Source: Marsupella aquatica
Lineage: Eukaryota; Plantae; Marchantiophyta
Length of the DNA: 64,000 nucleotides
Direction of reading: 5' to 3'
NCBI GenBank assembly: GCA_973895155.1
Contig: OZ316898.1
Location: 12,985,659-13,049,658, forward strand
Shown here in pieces: positions 1 to 13,000 of the stretch. Each line of letters opens with the position of its first letter. Within the stretch, counting starts at the first letter, position 1. The notes beneath the pieces were generated by a model. That model did not search any database, had not been told where the DNA came from, and was given only the letters and a program-made list of their open reading frames with translations. The position numbers and the translations under genes were made by a program.

Positions 1-1619
1 TGATGATCAACTAGATTTGTGTACTAGATTTGTGTTGTAAAGTTTTTCATGTTTTGTGAAAGCTATTTCATTCAAAGACAATCCAGGGATTTGCGTATAG
101 ATTTTCAAACCCAGATCCCTCTCTTAAAAGGATCTCACGTTCTGCTCTTCAAACCCGTTCTGAATTGTTCTGATCGAACTTCGATGCAACATACTAATAT
201 TAATTACTCCGAGAGTATGTTGGCTTCTCAACATGATAATTGTGACTATTAGTAATCGAGTGATCATCCAGTCCCAAGACTTGATTCTGATCTGGATAAT
301 ACCACTGTCTCTGAAAAAACGGTTTTGATGTCATGTGCAATCTATGTAAGTAGCTTTCCTCAGTCGGAATTTCATTAGCACAATGGATCTCCGGTATGAA
401 AAAATGTGCGAGGTGGAATAATTTACGTACAAAACTTTCACGTCTGAATTTCGTTAATTAACTGCACGATTTCATGGATTTTGGTTATGGAAACTTGTTG
501 TTGATCGAAGCGAATTATACACTGAAGTTAATGGGAGGATCGAGAGGACATCGACATATACTAGGACGTACAGGTTTAATCGATCGAGCACATAAGCTAT
601 TATAGAGAGCGTAGGGAAGTAAGTAAGATGGGAGCTATGTCCTGCAGATCGCATCTGTAATAAGAATCTTTGAAAATGTGGTTACTAGTCTAACTTATTT
701 GGTTGTCTTGAACTCTTGTCTTGAAGATTTGGTTCTGGCCTCCAAGATAGTCGTAAGATAGGATATTCCAGATAGGGAATTTCATTTATAGCATCAAACT
801 ATAAATTTACGTTGTAGTGTTCTGATCATCAATCAATCAATGAGAGACCCAGAACTCACACACAATACAAAGCCCGGGGGTACGTACCTAGTCAAGAATG
901 AATCGATGATCCCAAGGGTAGTCCCAGAAGATGAACCGTGATGAGATGTGCGTACCACTAATGAACTAGGTAATTACAGTGGATACATGGAGAGAGTGGC
1001 TCCCGTAATTCAAGGAGGAAGTGGAGAATATCTGAATATCTAATAATGAGAAACACTTGGTAGCGCAATACACAGGTATCAAGGCTGCAATGAAATTGAT
1101 GACACATAAAGAGAGGGACTCCCGTAAATCAATGAAGAAGTGGTGCATATCTCAAGATAGTACAGCTTAACTTTGTAGCGCAATTACTACACAAGGTAAT
1201 TCCAGTACTTTATACACAAACTTACAGTCTGTCAAGGCTTTAGAAACCAAAATTAATGGCCATATTGAGGCCGATCGTCGCCAATCAATACCGTAGTACA
1301 GTGATTTGTTTTCTTGTTGGAATATTTAGCTCAGGGAATGATCATAGGTCGGTTGCTCTCAAATGACTTAAATAGTTGAATTGCTCGATCAACTCGCAGT
1401 ACTACTTTTATGGTCTGTAGTTGCCTTCTCGTCAAAATCACTTAGATGTAATCGCACATAAAAGTAGCACACTCATCAGAGAATGGATGTACGAAAATCA
1501 GAGTGAATATATGAAATCACACAATGGACGTACCTCCTTCCCGTCCTTCTAGGTGCACTTACTGGAAGGCATTCAATTTGATGTACAGTACGGGTACCTG
1601 CCCGGCGATACTTGCTATA

Positions 1620-1810
1620 CATGCATGCATGGTCCGGTCGAGCTCGATCGAAGGTTTGAGCTCAATTGACATTCAAGCTGACGGATTCCAACCTGCAATG
1701 CACGTAGCAGAAGTGAGGGTTCGGATCGAGAGCTCCTAAGCTCTGCATGGCCGATCGACGATCGAGAATGCTCCAGGGTACGTACAAGGTCTTCAACGTT
1801 CCTTATAAAA
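1620..1810 (+). promoter_or_regulatory. Putative LTP promoter: RY repeat, ACGT cores and TATA box
   Basis: CATGCATGCATG at 1620-1631, CACGTA at 1701, TACGTA at 1779, and TATAAAA at 1804-1810, ~180 nt upstream of the LTP ATG. Confidence 0.45.
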
Positions 1811-1985
1811 GACCAGTTCCCGAGGCGATTCTTTCCATTGAGAATTGAGTACATTCAGGATCTTTGTTTGTGAAGCTACAGTTGTGGCAACCTCTGAAGT
1901 CTTCCCATTCAACATTTGTTTACTAGAAATTGCTTTGGTTCGAAAGTGCCAAGTGGTCCTCTATTTCTGCGGTTTGTGAGAGAAG

Positions 1986-3117
1986 ATGGCGACGAAGGTG
2001 GTGTTGGCTGTGGCGGTAACGCTCATGGCCATGCTGGTGGTTGCATCTTGCCAGCCCACTGGCCAGTGCCCACCCGTGGCGCAGTTTATGCCTTGCCTGC
2101 CATACGTGAACTCGCCGAATGCAGGGAGTCCAGCCCAGGGTGGAACATGCTGCCAGTTGGTGATGACACTGAGCCAGGACTGCCTGTGCGATGCAGCCAA
2201 GAACCCAAATCCGGCACCAGGTGTTACAATTGATTTTCAGAAGGCGCTAACCTTACCAAAGGATTGTGGGCGTGCGGTCCCTCCTAACACCGTCTGCAAC
2301 GGTATTAACTCAGATCATTCTGCTTTCACTTACGAGAGAGTAAATTCAATCCTTGGAGGGACACAATGATCGTTACTAGCAATGTATATCATCCATTGGA
2401 ATCTGCAGGATAGCAGCTGTTAGCCTACGGTGCTGCTCCTTGCAGCAAGAGAGTTAGTTACTAAATGCTCTTTCCTCCTCGATGTAGTCTTTGCATGCTA
2501 CTGTAGACCTACATAATTCTATTATATAGTAGGGCAACCGAAACGCCGACGTACACTATGGTTTTCAAGACCTGCAGTTTTTTTCTGCCCGGGTTGAGTT
2601 TGACTGTCTGACAGACCTGAGCCCTTTTATTTTTGCCTTCCTCTTTTGCTTTCTCTCTTTTGCTCGTACAGGATGATTTTTGCATCTTCGATAATTCGGT
2701 ACCGTGGTCCGGTAGCCTCGTAAGGGAGTAACAAGCTACGAGGGCAATGAATTTAGATCGACTGTCAGGCAGCTTGATCACTGATGTTCGGAGTCTCTCT
2801 GTAACAACGAACCAGCCGGTTCTTCAAAGCAGGAAATTAAATAGATTAGGGAGCTTTTGTAATCAGTGTATTCCGTGTATTCAGTGGTCACTTGGTCAGC
2901 CACGCGGGTGCTGCAGGTTCTGGCAGTTTCAATTTGGCTTGTGGACCACACTGATTGTTGGTCTAGTTGAATTTTTCGATTTTTTGGCGTCCGTTCACCT
3001 TTGCTGGTTTCTAGCAACTGTGCTGCACAATTAATATCTCGGTGTTGTCTGTGTTTCTATCCTGACAGAGTAGAGTTTGTTTGCATAAATGCAGGTACCC
3101 CGGTGCCTGGCCGCTAA
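1986..3117 (+). CDS. Non-specific lipid transfer protein, type D-like (exons 1986-2301 and 3095-3117; 112 aa)
   Basis: Signal peptide MATKVVLAVAVTLMAMLVVASC and a complete 8-Cys motif (C-C-CC-CLC-C-C). The GT donor lies 4 nt after the 8th Cys codon (2302), the position typical of LTP types D/G. Branch site CTGAC at 3062 and acceptor TGCAG at 3090-3094 give the C-terminus CNGTPVPGR*. No GPI tail. Confidence 0.9.
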
Positions 3118-4989
3118 TCGCTTCATATCCTGAAACAAGGTGGGAAATACGAGGGGATGTAGGGCGTGCATGTATGGCGGACAAGATCTTACGGACTGTA
3201 ACGTACGCTCATTCACACCTTCAATTGAGCCCAGGGATAACAGTGACTGTCGGTTTGGAACACATCAGGCGAAGCCACCTTTCTCAACTCATCAGGGTTG
3301 ATTGAATTTTGAGTTGCAGGCACTGCTCAGAGTGCGCCTTGGCTGCGGATAGATCAATCGGATGTAGCTAGATAGAGAGAAGATTAGCTAGCTAGCTAGT
3401 ACAACGATGGAGCATGCAGTCATGCAGTCAGCTTTGCCTCTTTTCCCCCCCCCCTTTCTGGAACAGTCAATTTCTGACGATATCGATACAACAATACGTA
3501 GTTATGCAGAATAACAATCGGTACCCCCACCGCAGAGCCTGAAATAATAAGCTCACTCCTTCCGTAGGCAGTGTGGGATTTCAGGCTGTAGATGGGAAGG
3601 ATTGAGCATGCAAAGCTCAATTTCTTAGCTGGGTAGTTTCATCAGAAGGCATTTAACAAGTTAGTACATACAGCTCAGAGACTTGAAGCTGGCAGCAGCA
3701 AATAAATTGTAGCTTTTCAACATGCTGAGCCTTGAATCATTCCCAGCTTGAAATGTTGTTTTGGGATTTCTTTCCTTTCCTACGATTCTCAATTTCTCTG
3801 AACATGATTCTATGTCATTTTTATGGATGAAATGCATCTGTGAGCTAGGTTTTCATGGTCCGTGAACTGTCAGCCCGGCCGAGCGTCAGCTGCTGATCGA
3901 CCAGTTAAACCCTAGCACTCTTGGCTTGATTTATGATTTGTATGTAGGAGTGTTCGTTACTTCGTATTATTGCATCTGAACTGTTCTTGGAACGTGGAGA
4001 CAATATATGAGGTGAAAGCGAGAATAGGATATGTAGAGTAGGATTCAACGAAGGACACGGACAGTTATGCGGGCAGTTATGCGGCATGTCACTAAAACAA
4101 AGTATGTCACAAGTGCCAAAGGACAAACGGGAAAACAAGGTCCAAAGGCAAAGCAACCCAATAACCGATTTATAAGGGCCCTCTTTTGAAAAATTTTCAA
4201 TCCGGGTATTCCTATTCGAGTTTGTCTGTTTGTTGCCCGAGGCAGGAGGTGGGCGCCATGTCGATCAAGAGTGTGCAGCCAGGCCAGACCGAGACCATCC
4301 CTAACGATGATGTAGTACGTTCGAAAAGCTTTGCTGGGTGGATCAGCAAGTTATGATCTCATATGCGATGTGTGAGTATGGGTGGCTCTTCTGATCGTCT
4401 GCAAACACGTTTACAGTACTGTGGTAGAAGAGTAACTTGCACCGAGTCTGAAGGAGAAGAATGCCCGTACTCGAGGACTAATCACTATAAAGTCTAGCTG
4501 ATCGACTGATCTCCTCTTCGAAGCGGTTGGGTGTTCTGTTGCCTGAGTCGTTCTGCCTACTTCTCTCACCTTGTCATCTTTAACGTCTAACAAGGGCATC
4601 GTACCACCGAAGGTCTGTTTCGATTCTGTCTTTCAGGTGTCTTAATTTGAATCCAGTCAATTGCCCTCCCTTTCAGCTAGCTAGTCGTTTTGCCTTACCC
4701 CATTGCTTTTTGTAATTGTCCCCACTGGATAGCATTCGAGTACAGTACGTTAGCATTGGCAGTTGTAGCACTTCTTCCTAGATCCGTACTGACTCGCTGA
4801 CTGAGCTGATGCTTGCCATCTCCTCACTAATTGCCTGGATATGCTCATTCCACTCCACTCCACTAGACAGTTGTAATAACTGAATGATGCACTTTTCTCA
4901 GACCTATGCATGTCGATTCCCCCTTGTTTGCTCGAAGCTAGTGGGTTGGCCTTGCCTCATAGCATCTCAAGAGAGAGGGCAAAATGAGT

Positions 4990-7790
4990 CTACTACCTCT
5001 AAAGAACAGCATATATGGGCCAATGTATATAGGGGCTGATTTTGGAGACATGACTTCCCAATGGTGGCCCCCCTATCGGTAAAAGAAATGGCAGTCAGCT
5101 TCCATTTTTACAAGGAGGGTCAAATGAGCCTGTAACCTTTCGAAAGAGCATATATGGGCCAATTTTGGAGAGATGGCTTCCCAGTGGTGGCCCCTATCCC
5201 CTATTCATAAATAAAGGGCAGACAGCCTGGGCAGCTCCATTTTCACGAACTCTGACCCCTATCCCCTATTCCTAAATAAATGGCAGACAGCCTGGGCAGC
5301 TCCATTTTCATGAACTCTGACTGCCATATTTGGTAGAAATGACAGCCAGGAGAGAGACCCGAGTGTATCCTGACCTTTATTCACATCTACATCGGGGATT
5401 GCATCACATGTCACAAGACCCTAGTAAAACATGCTTGAGATTTGAACCTGGGTGTGACAACACATCACTTTGGAATGATAGAGGTCAACGAAGGGGGGGA
5501 TTTTAATTTGCCAGTGATTGACTTCAATATGGGGGATTTTCCAATTTCCAGTCCTACAAATGAAGGGTTAAATCTGGGGTTAATGTTGGGTTTACAGGTC
5601 ATGCTGGAGATGCTCTCTTTGCTTCTTGTCTAAATTGGATATCATTAATTGCACTTCAAGGCATGCAGCATCTTTCAAGGAGAAGGCTTACTTTTATTGG
5701 TGCAGAGGTAGGATCTTCCCTTTATTTTAATCTATCTATTAAAAATGAATTATTATTGAATTTATGAATATTTGGGCAATGGAAAGTGTACATCTGGCCT
5801 TCAAAAAGTGTACAATTGGGCAAAGAATAAAGTTGATGTCTATTAGATGTATCACCATGTTCATCCTTTGTAAATGAACTAGGATGAGACTCCTTCTAGT
5901 CAAGATCATTTTTGTCACCTCAAGTTTATAATTGATCATTTAGGTGTAGAGTATTGAACCATAGTGTACATTTTGGATTTAAAAAGTGTACATATAGGGA
6001 CCAAAAGGTGAACAAAATAAAATACCCTTTTAATGAATAGGGTAGACATCTAGTTTGACTTTTCCTAAGTAAGTCACGTGGGTTCTTTTGTGTATGTTCA
6101 GTTCCAGGGTCCTTCCTAACCTTAGTTCTCCAATTTTCCCACACCTTACCCAAACCTAAACTAAAAAGTTCCAGCACCATGTTTCTTCTAATATCAATTT
6201 TTCACACCAGTTTCCCTCGGCAGTTGTCCTCAATTGTTTTTACTTAATGTAAAAGTAAACACTACAGCAACAAACACCCCAACTGATGGATTTGATCCAG
6301 ATTTTGCCCCTGGCCCCAAACAAGTGCTTCCTACCCCCTGGAAAAAGGGAAAGAGCTAAAACCCCGGCTAAAACCTTTCTGAAAAGGCAATCAAAGAAAA
6401 TGCTCAAACCATGGTTTGGAACCGTTTTGACATAATACTAAAAAAGCATGATAATGACCAAGTCTATATGGTTCTGTATGAGAATCCAGTGAACAGCCCT
6501 AGGTGACCCACACCTTGGGTGGAAGATTTTGGAGTGTATATAGGGGCAGAAGGGGCTGGGTTTTGGTCTGTATGTATATCTAATGTAAATATGTGACATG
6601 ATTTACATTTGGAAGGTTCTAAGGTAACAATTCAATCATGATAAACTCGTTTGGTAATTGTTGGAAGGTTGTAAGTTAACCATCAACGCATGGTTCTAAG
6701 ATAACCATACATGGTACACTTATTCGTGTGTTGGAAGTTTTAAGCTAATCATATGTACATTTGGTAAACTAAACTGTTGCTGGAAAAATGTGACATTCTG
6801 GCAAATAAACTGAAAAGCTTGGCAAGGTACTAGTTTCTGACCAAAAATGTATGTGGTAACATATAAATCTCAATCAGCCTGAATTCCCCCTGAAAGAGCA
6901 GAACCTGATCTAGGAAAATTAGATATTAAGAAATATTCTTAGCATCTGCTCATTCATGAGGGGGCTAAGAATCAAGGTCATGAATTCTCAGTCTCCCCTA
7001 GGCCTGACTGCCAATTAGAGGACTTGGTACATCTCAATGTCTCACGAACACCTCCCAAAAGGACTCAGTAGGGTGTCTTAAGACACAACTTTCTTTGGTC
7101 CGCTATGGAAGTGGTCTGGACCACGCGCCCAAAATAGTCAGGCACCTACCTGAAAGTATGACCTGTGTCAATTTTGGGCCAAAAATCTCACCCGCATCTT
7201 CCCGGGACTTTTGCCAACATTCGGTTTGAGACGCCTTACTGTCAGTGGTGTGTCTGATGCCAGACATCAACAGAGGGCCGGCTGCCAAAAGGACTCAGGT
7301 AGTGTGCCAATGCTGGACCTGACCAGAGGCCCCGGGTGGGAAAGCTCTAATAAGGCTTCTCAAACCTGTTCTTTTTGAGTTATGTCAGTCAGCTGTTGTG
7401 AGAAATTTGTGTATGTGACCCTGACCAAAACCCAACTTTGGAGCTAACTAGCTTCAACCACACCTGCCAGTATAAAGAGCCTCATTCCCACCCTCATTAC
7501 TCTTCATTCCTATCCTATGGTGAATAGTGTCTCACCATAAAAGTTGGAATATTTGTCATAAAAGGTTTTGCACTCACCACCTTTTGTGGAGCCCAAGCCT
7601 CTCAAGCCCATCCCTGAACTTGTGCACTTTATAATGAGGGCGGCAAGTGTGATTTAATCTATAGGGTTTGAGACATCACCTTTTGTGGAGCTCAAGACTC
7701 TCAAGCCCATCCCTGAACTTGTGCACTTTATAATGAGGGCGGCGGGTTTGAGACAGGTTTCAACATGGCTCTGAATTTTTTTGCAAGGCA
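4990..7790. repeat. Degenerate interspersed repeat block with internal duplications
   Basis: Local duplications at 5005-5330 and 7575-7745 (CACCTTTTGTGGAGC...CACTTTATAATGAGGGCGGC twice). 7455-7640 is similar to the reverse complement of 28735-28876. No coding signal. Confidence 0.5.
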
Positions 7791-8079
7791 CCAACAATTC
7801 TTGAAGTGTGCTCAGGCATATCAGCAAAGTCATGTTTTGTGTAGACCAATGTGTGGTGACCGCCTGAGTTGCTGACAGTCACAATTTAATTTGATTTTTA
7901 TTTGGTCTGTGACCGGTGCAACATCTTGGTGAGAGGAGCCGGGTTGCAAAATCTTGGTGAGAGGAGCCGGGGTGCAACATTTTGGTGAGAGAGGATAGCT
8001 TAGGGCATGAGCTGGTTTCAGAGGCTCTAAATAAGTGCCTTCTTTAATTGGGGTCATGAGTACGGGATGCCGCCGCTGT

Positions 8080-9085
8080 GCAATCATAGACGACCAGCAG
8101 TTCACCTTTCTCGTGACACCCACTTTGATGATCTCACCAGGTTGGGTGTGGCAGAACTGTGGAATATCAACTTTCAACACCACAGATCGAGCTGGAGTAC
8201 AACTTTACAGACAGTTAGCAACTTTCAACACCATAGATCGAGCTGGAGTACAGTTTCGACAGACAGATAGCAACTTTCAACACCACAGGTCGAGCTGGAG
8301 TACGACTTCGATAGACAGTTGTAGTCTATCCCGACACGCATGTTTGCTGATCGACTGTCTTCGATGAGCACTTTTTATTCCGGTAGATGTTGAACTGCAG
8401 CTGTAATCAGAACGGGAAAAAGATGCGTATGGGAGTTTTATGAACCCACAGATTTTCAACAGATTCTGCTGTTCACGCCGGAGAAAGATCCTGAATTGCA
8501 TGTCTTCCCGGCTTGGCTGATTGGAGGCTGTCACGAAAAAGACTGACTGCTGCTGTGTATTCATAGATGAGCTACAGTTCATCCTTTCTCGTGACACCAT
8601 CCTAATAACCACGCCAGGGTAGAACGTCGAGTGTTGTGGAATGCCGGTAAGCCCTGTTCAAGAGTACAGATCGACTTGTCGATTCATTTGTCTTCCTGCA
8701 ATAGTAAAATCGTTAGGTCGTTTTGAGTCCCTGCTCAGATTAAGGTACTCCAAATTGTTCCTACGCATATCGAATAATCTGCTATTCTAGCTCGAAAATT
8801 GTCTGGCGATTTAGAGGATATCGTTTGTGTGCGATCTAGTGACCAGATCTCTGCCCAACCAGACAGGCAAGTCATTCCAATTCTCTTCCAGGAACATCAA
8901 GCGTTGCCTGGACTGAGGCCTGACTAATATTTAACGCACCCATTATGTTCTCTGCGCAAGTTTGATTGAATTTCTTGTACGTTGGCAAGTCTGTCCCAGG
9001 CTGAGCTTCAGCGTTACCAAGTTCTAGGAAATTCCAAGTTTTAGGAAATTCTTTTTGTGTGAAAGCTTTCTTAGGTTCGGAGGTG
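8080..9085 (-). pseudogene. Decayed receptor-like kinase fragments (L-type lectin RLK-like kinase domain)
   Basis: Minus-strand translations in kinase order: EPKKAFTQKEF..TWNF..LG (~9075-9015), SRDSK (~8735), LLGWCHEKG/EL*LIYEY (8608-8557) and a VLHRD-like segment (~8372-8355). A second copy H(P)NLVR..CHEKGELLVVYD lies at 8150-8085. Multiple frameshifts and stops. Confidence 0.65.
8168..8322 (+). repeat. Tandem triplication, ~51-53 bp unit
   Basis: CAACTTTCAACACCAYAGRTCGAGCTGGAGTAC...CAGACAGWTAG repeated three times. Confidence 0.85.
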
Positions 9086-10026
9086 AGTAGTACATCATAC
9101 ATAGGAGATGTGTCTGGAATCTCATATCAGCTTTCCCACAATGAATGCCCATTTCGTACCTACAGATAGTCGTTGTGTTAGCTACAGAAACCGGGTGCAA
9201 TCATATCTCAGTTTATCCTGATATTCGTTCATAAGAGCTGTGTCATTGGCCCACTTAACTTGTTCAATCAGCCAGATTCCAACATTTATGGGAGTTACAG
9301 CTTATCAGAGTCTAACGGCTCATGAATACAGTGAGAATGTTTTTCCCACAGCACGTAAGTAAAGATCCGTCGTTTGCCTCGTCTTTAGCATGGAAGCGCA
9401 AACATCTTGAACTTCGACATAGCCCTTCTCGCGGTGAAGTCTTAATGCACGGAATTACTCTTGTACTCGTCCTCAGGTGAAAAGTATACTCGGCAATTGA
9501 ACTGATAGACAAGTTACCTGGGGAAGAAGGAATCTTGCTCAAAGAATCCTAATGATTTAGACCCCTACACGTTTGTCCGAAGTCCTGGAAAGAGAGCAAC
9601 AGTCCAACAGATCCGTCCCAAGTTCGAAGGGATGTGCATGGACACTTTTCTTGATTATTACTTTACTGCAATTTTTTGTTACAAGTGGGATGAGCCCCAG
9701 TAACCCAAACAGTGCATGACTTTCTTTATGACCATACTATGATATTCCATGCGAGTGAATCAAGTTCCTTTCGATGGTTGACAAGGCCAAGTCTAGGTCC
9801 CAGCAACTTATCCAGCACAGGCATCATTTTGAAGAGCTTGTCGAACCACCCTGTGACTTTTGACGCAGTGCATGCCTGCTCGAGCTAATACCAGATTGAC
9901 ACATTTATCTATGTACTGATGAGACAGCTGCGGTATTACAGCATCGTACCTCTATTGGTACACTTTAGGTTGTTCATTATACATTTACAGAGAGGGTTGA
10001 ACTCCATTTGAAACACAAGCAATACC

Positions 10027-13000
10027 TTACCTATTCCCGTTTCCCCAAGTAGTGTCAAGATTGCGGCCAGGACCTGTCGGCCACTGCCGTAATCTAAGGT
10101 GGGGGTTAGATAAGAGTCCAGGAGCTTCTTGCAGAGGGCGGACAGGTTGATGCGGTTGGCCTAGCAGTCTATTAAGGTCTGCTTCCAACTCAGCCTTCTG
10201 TGCCTGTAGGTGCAATACAACATAACACACTTGCATTTCAGAGATCGGTTCCGAGCTAAACAAGCACGGTCCAGCACATCTCCTGTTGATATTCTCGGCA
10301 CTCAAATGGAACATAGTTCCATAAAAAAATGTTATGACTGCCAATGTAGTAGCTTTTCTGTGCTCTTGAGGTGGACATATATGATCGTTCTAAACATATA
10401 TGTATAGAAAGTGATGGTACATGGTAAATGAACACAAACAATTTGTATATTCATATCAATGGTATCTAGGCATTTAGAATGAGACAAATCACCTTTTTCA
10501 CTGAAAGCTCATCGCACAAGGCAGCCATTTCTGATTGGTGTTGGGCAGTACGAACATGGAGCTGGTGATGGCTCATCTGTCACCATCAAAAACAGGACAA
10601 AAGTAAGAAGCAAAGGAAGGGCGAGGCCAATGTGTTCACACCCGGAGTAAGATGCGTTGCCTTGCTAACTTGCTTTACCGATGAAGCTGAAATCGAAGAT
10701 GTCCAACGGAATTACGAACTCAACTCTCGACTCACTTGTGGAGGTTTACGTTTCCATGAACAGAAGTGATGCATCTAGAATTGCAAACGAAAGGTTTTTC
10801 TCTTTCAGTGCAGAGGAACAAACCGCGAGTCTTCACACACGAAGTACAAACAATTATCGTATACAACGCTCTCTCAAGGGTAAGCCTTATAAACGAGTAA
10901 GCAAGTTCAAATCACTTTTGCTTTTGCTCATTGGGTATCCATAATACTGAGAAAATAATGAAACGAGACGTGTAATTTTGTATCACCTCGAGCTCTTTGT
11001 TCGCTAATCGTGCAGCTTCTCTGGCTGCAGTTAATTGCAGTTCACAGCAGTTGAGTCGTTCCTCTAATAGATTCTGTCAAAGCAAAGAATAACAAGAATA
11101 TGATCTACCTCTAAGTCAAAATATAAAAATCGCGCAACTATGGACAACGTTTCAGAACCACTTGTGCTTAATTCGGAGAAAATATCGTTGTGAATTTGCA
11201 GGATGCGACCAAAAGAATGTCAGGTACAACTAATTGCACACCTTGTCTCGCACCAGCCAACTTGTTGCCTCGTCTAACTTCTGAAGTTTAGCTCGCAATT
11301 CTACCGCATCCTTCTCTGCCTTGTGACATCTTGCCTTCAACTTCTTCTCTACACTTTCCCGTTCTTTGTGCTTTTGAAGCTCAACACTCAAATCGTGCAC
11401 TCTACTCTCAGCTATTGCACAAAGTTCTTTCTGTTTCTCAATCTCAACACTTAGATTGTGCACTTTACTCTCAGCTATTGTACATCGCTCTCTCAACTCA
11501 TCTCTCTGTTTCTCTCGCAGGGTGATGATTGTGCTCAATGATTCATAGTCAACATCCAAACCAATCTCCTTGTCCCTCATGCTCCGCTCCCTCTCTGCCA
11601 ACTCAATTGCTTTGCTTTCCACCTCGCTGTTGAGGTCCTCCAGACGGCTTGCGATTTTGATTAGTTCTGAAGGGAACTCCTCCAGACTAAACTGACCGCC
11701 ATTTGCCACGTTCCTGGATCTCAGCAGTCCAGCTTCGGAGAGCTTGAGCTGGAATCTTTGGAAGTGCTCGTCAAGCCTCGACTTTTCTTCTAGTGTTGCG
11801 GTAAGCCTTGCAACCTCGGCCTCAGCTGCAGAGAGTTCAAGCTGGACATTTGTCCATTTGTTCTCCACAAGTGCTTTGTCTTCTATGACAGTCAGTAGCC
11901 TTAGAACTTCGGCTTCTGTGCTCTCAAGCCTCTTCTGAAATCTTATGTGCTCTTCTTCTGATAATGGTGTTGGCCCACAATGTCCAGAAGGGATTCCTGT
12001 CACTAAAGGGTCTGTTGCAGTGCCTTGTTCAACATATTCCTTAGGTGATGCTGATCGTCCTCCGAGAGCAGTTGTCAATCTCAACACTTCAGCTTGATTG
12101 CTTGTCAAGTTGCGAATCAAAGTTTTTTGCTCCTTCACTACTTTGCGACTCACTCGTAATGCTTTCGTGAGCTTTGAAACTTCTCCTTGGTTGCTCAAAA
12201 GTTCCAGCTGCAGTTTCTGCTGTTCAACTTCAAGTTCCGACTTGTCTCTCAGAGCAATTTCAAGATTGGATATCTTAGTCTTCCAGACTTCGACTTCCTT
12301 GCTCTCTTCCACTTGTCCCTTGTCTCCTACATCGTCTTTCAACCTTTGAATCTCAGTTTCCAAAACGGAGACTTGTGCAAGTAACTCAGCCTGTTGTTGC
12401 TGCAATCTCTCGTTCTGGCTGCTCAAGTTTTTAATTTCTGCTCTCGTGGCATCGAGTTCGACCATGAGTAGTCTGTGCTCGTCTATATAGGATTCTCTCT
12501 GCTCATCAGTTTGTCTCAACAACTTCGCTTCAGAGACATTTAGTTTAAGCTGAAGACCGTCCAGCTCTTCAATCTTCTTGATCAATTTGTCAACCTCCAA
12601 TTTTGACGTAGCATATTGAGTCAGCATTTGAGTATAATCCGTTCTCAACTTTCCTTTCTCTGCCACTTCATCGACAAGGTTTGCATTCAATTTTGCAACC
12701 ATAGCATTGGAATTAGTAAGTTGGGCAAGAAGTTCATTCTGGTGTTGCTCTAAATCACCTTTCCTTTGTAGCTCTCTGGTCAGGCTTTCAGTCAGTGTTG
12801 CCACTTCAGTTTCCAACCGCCCAAAATTTATTGAAACCTTCTTGCATTCGAGTTCCAATTTTTCTTTGTTCTGGAATTCCGAAGCTAGGCTGTGTTCCAA
12901 CTCCACCACTTTTCCTTCCAAACCAGCAAGCACATGAAGACAATTCTGATGGTTGTTCTTCAACACCTCTGCCTCCTCGTTTTCTCTGCTGACTGTCTTA

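Noticed and set aside
1986-2369. 127-aa single-exon LTP ORF
   Set aside because: The tail after CNG (INSDHSAF...) is intron read-through. A canonical donor at 2302 and the exon at 3095 give a typical C-terminus.
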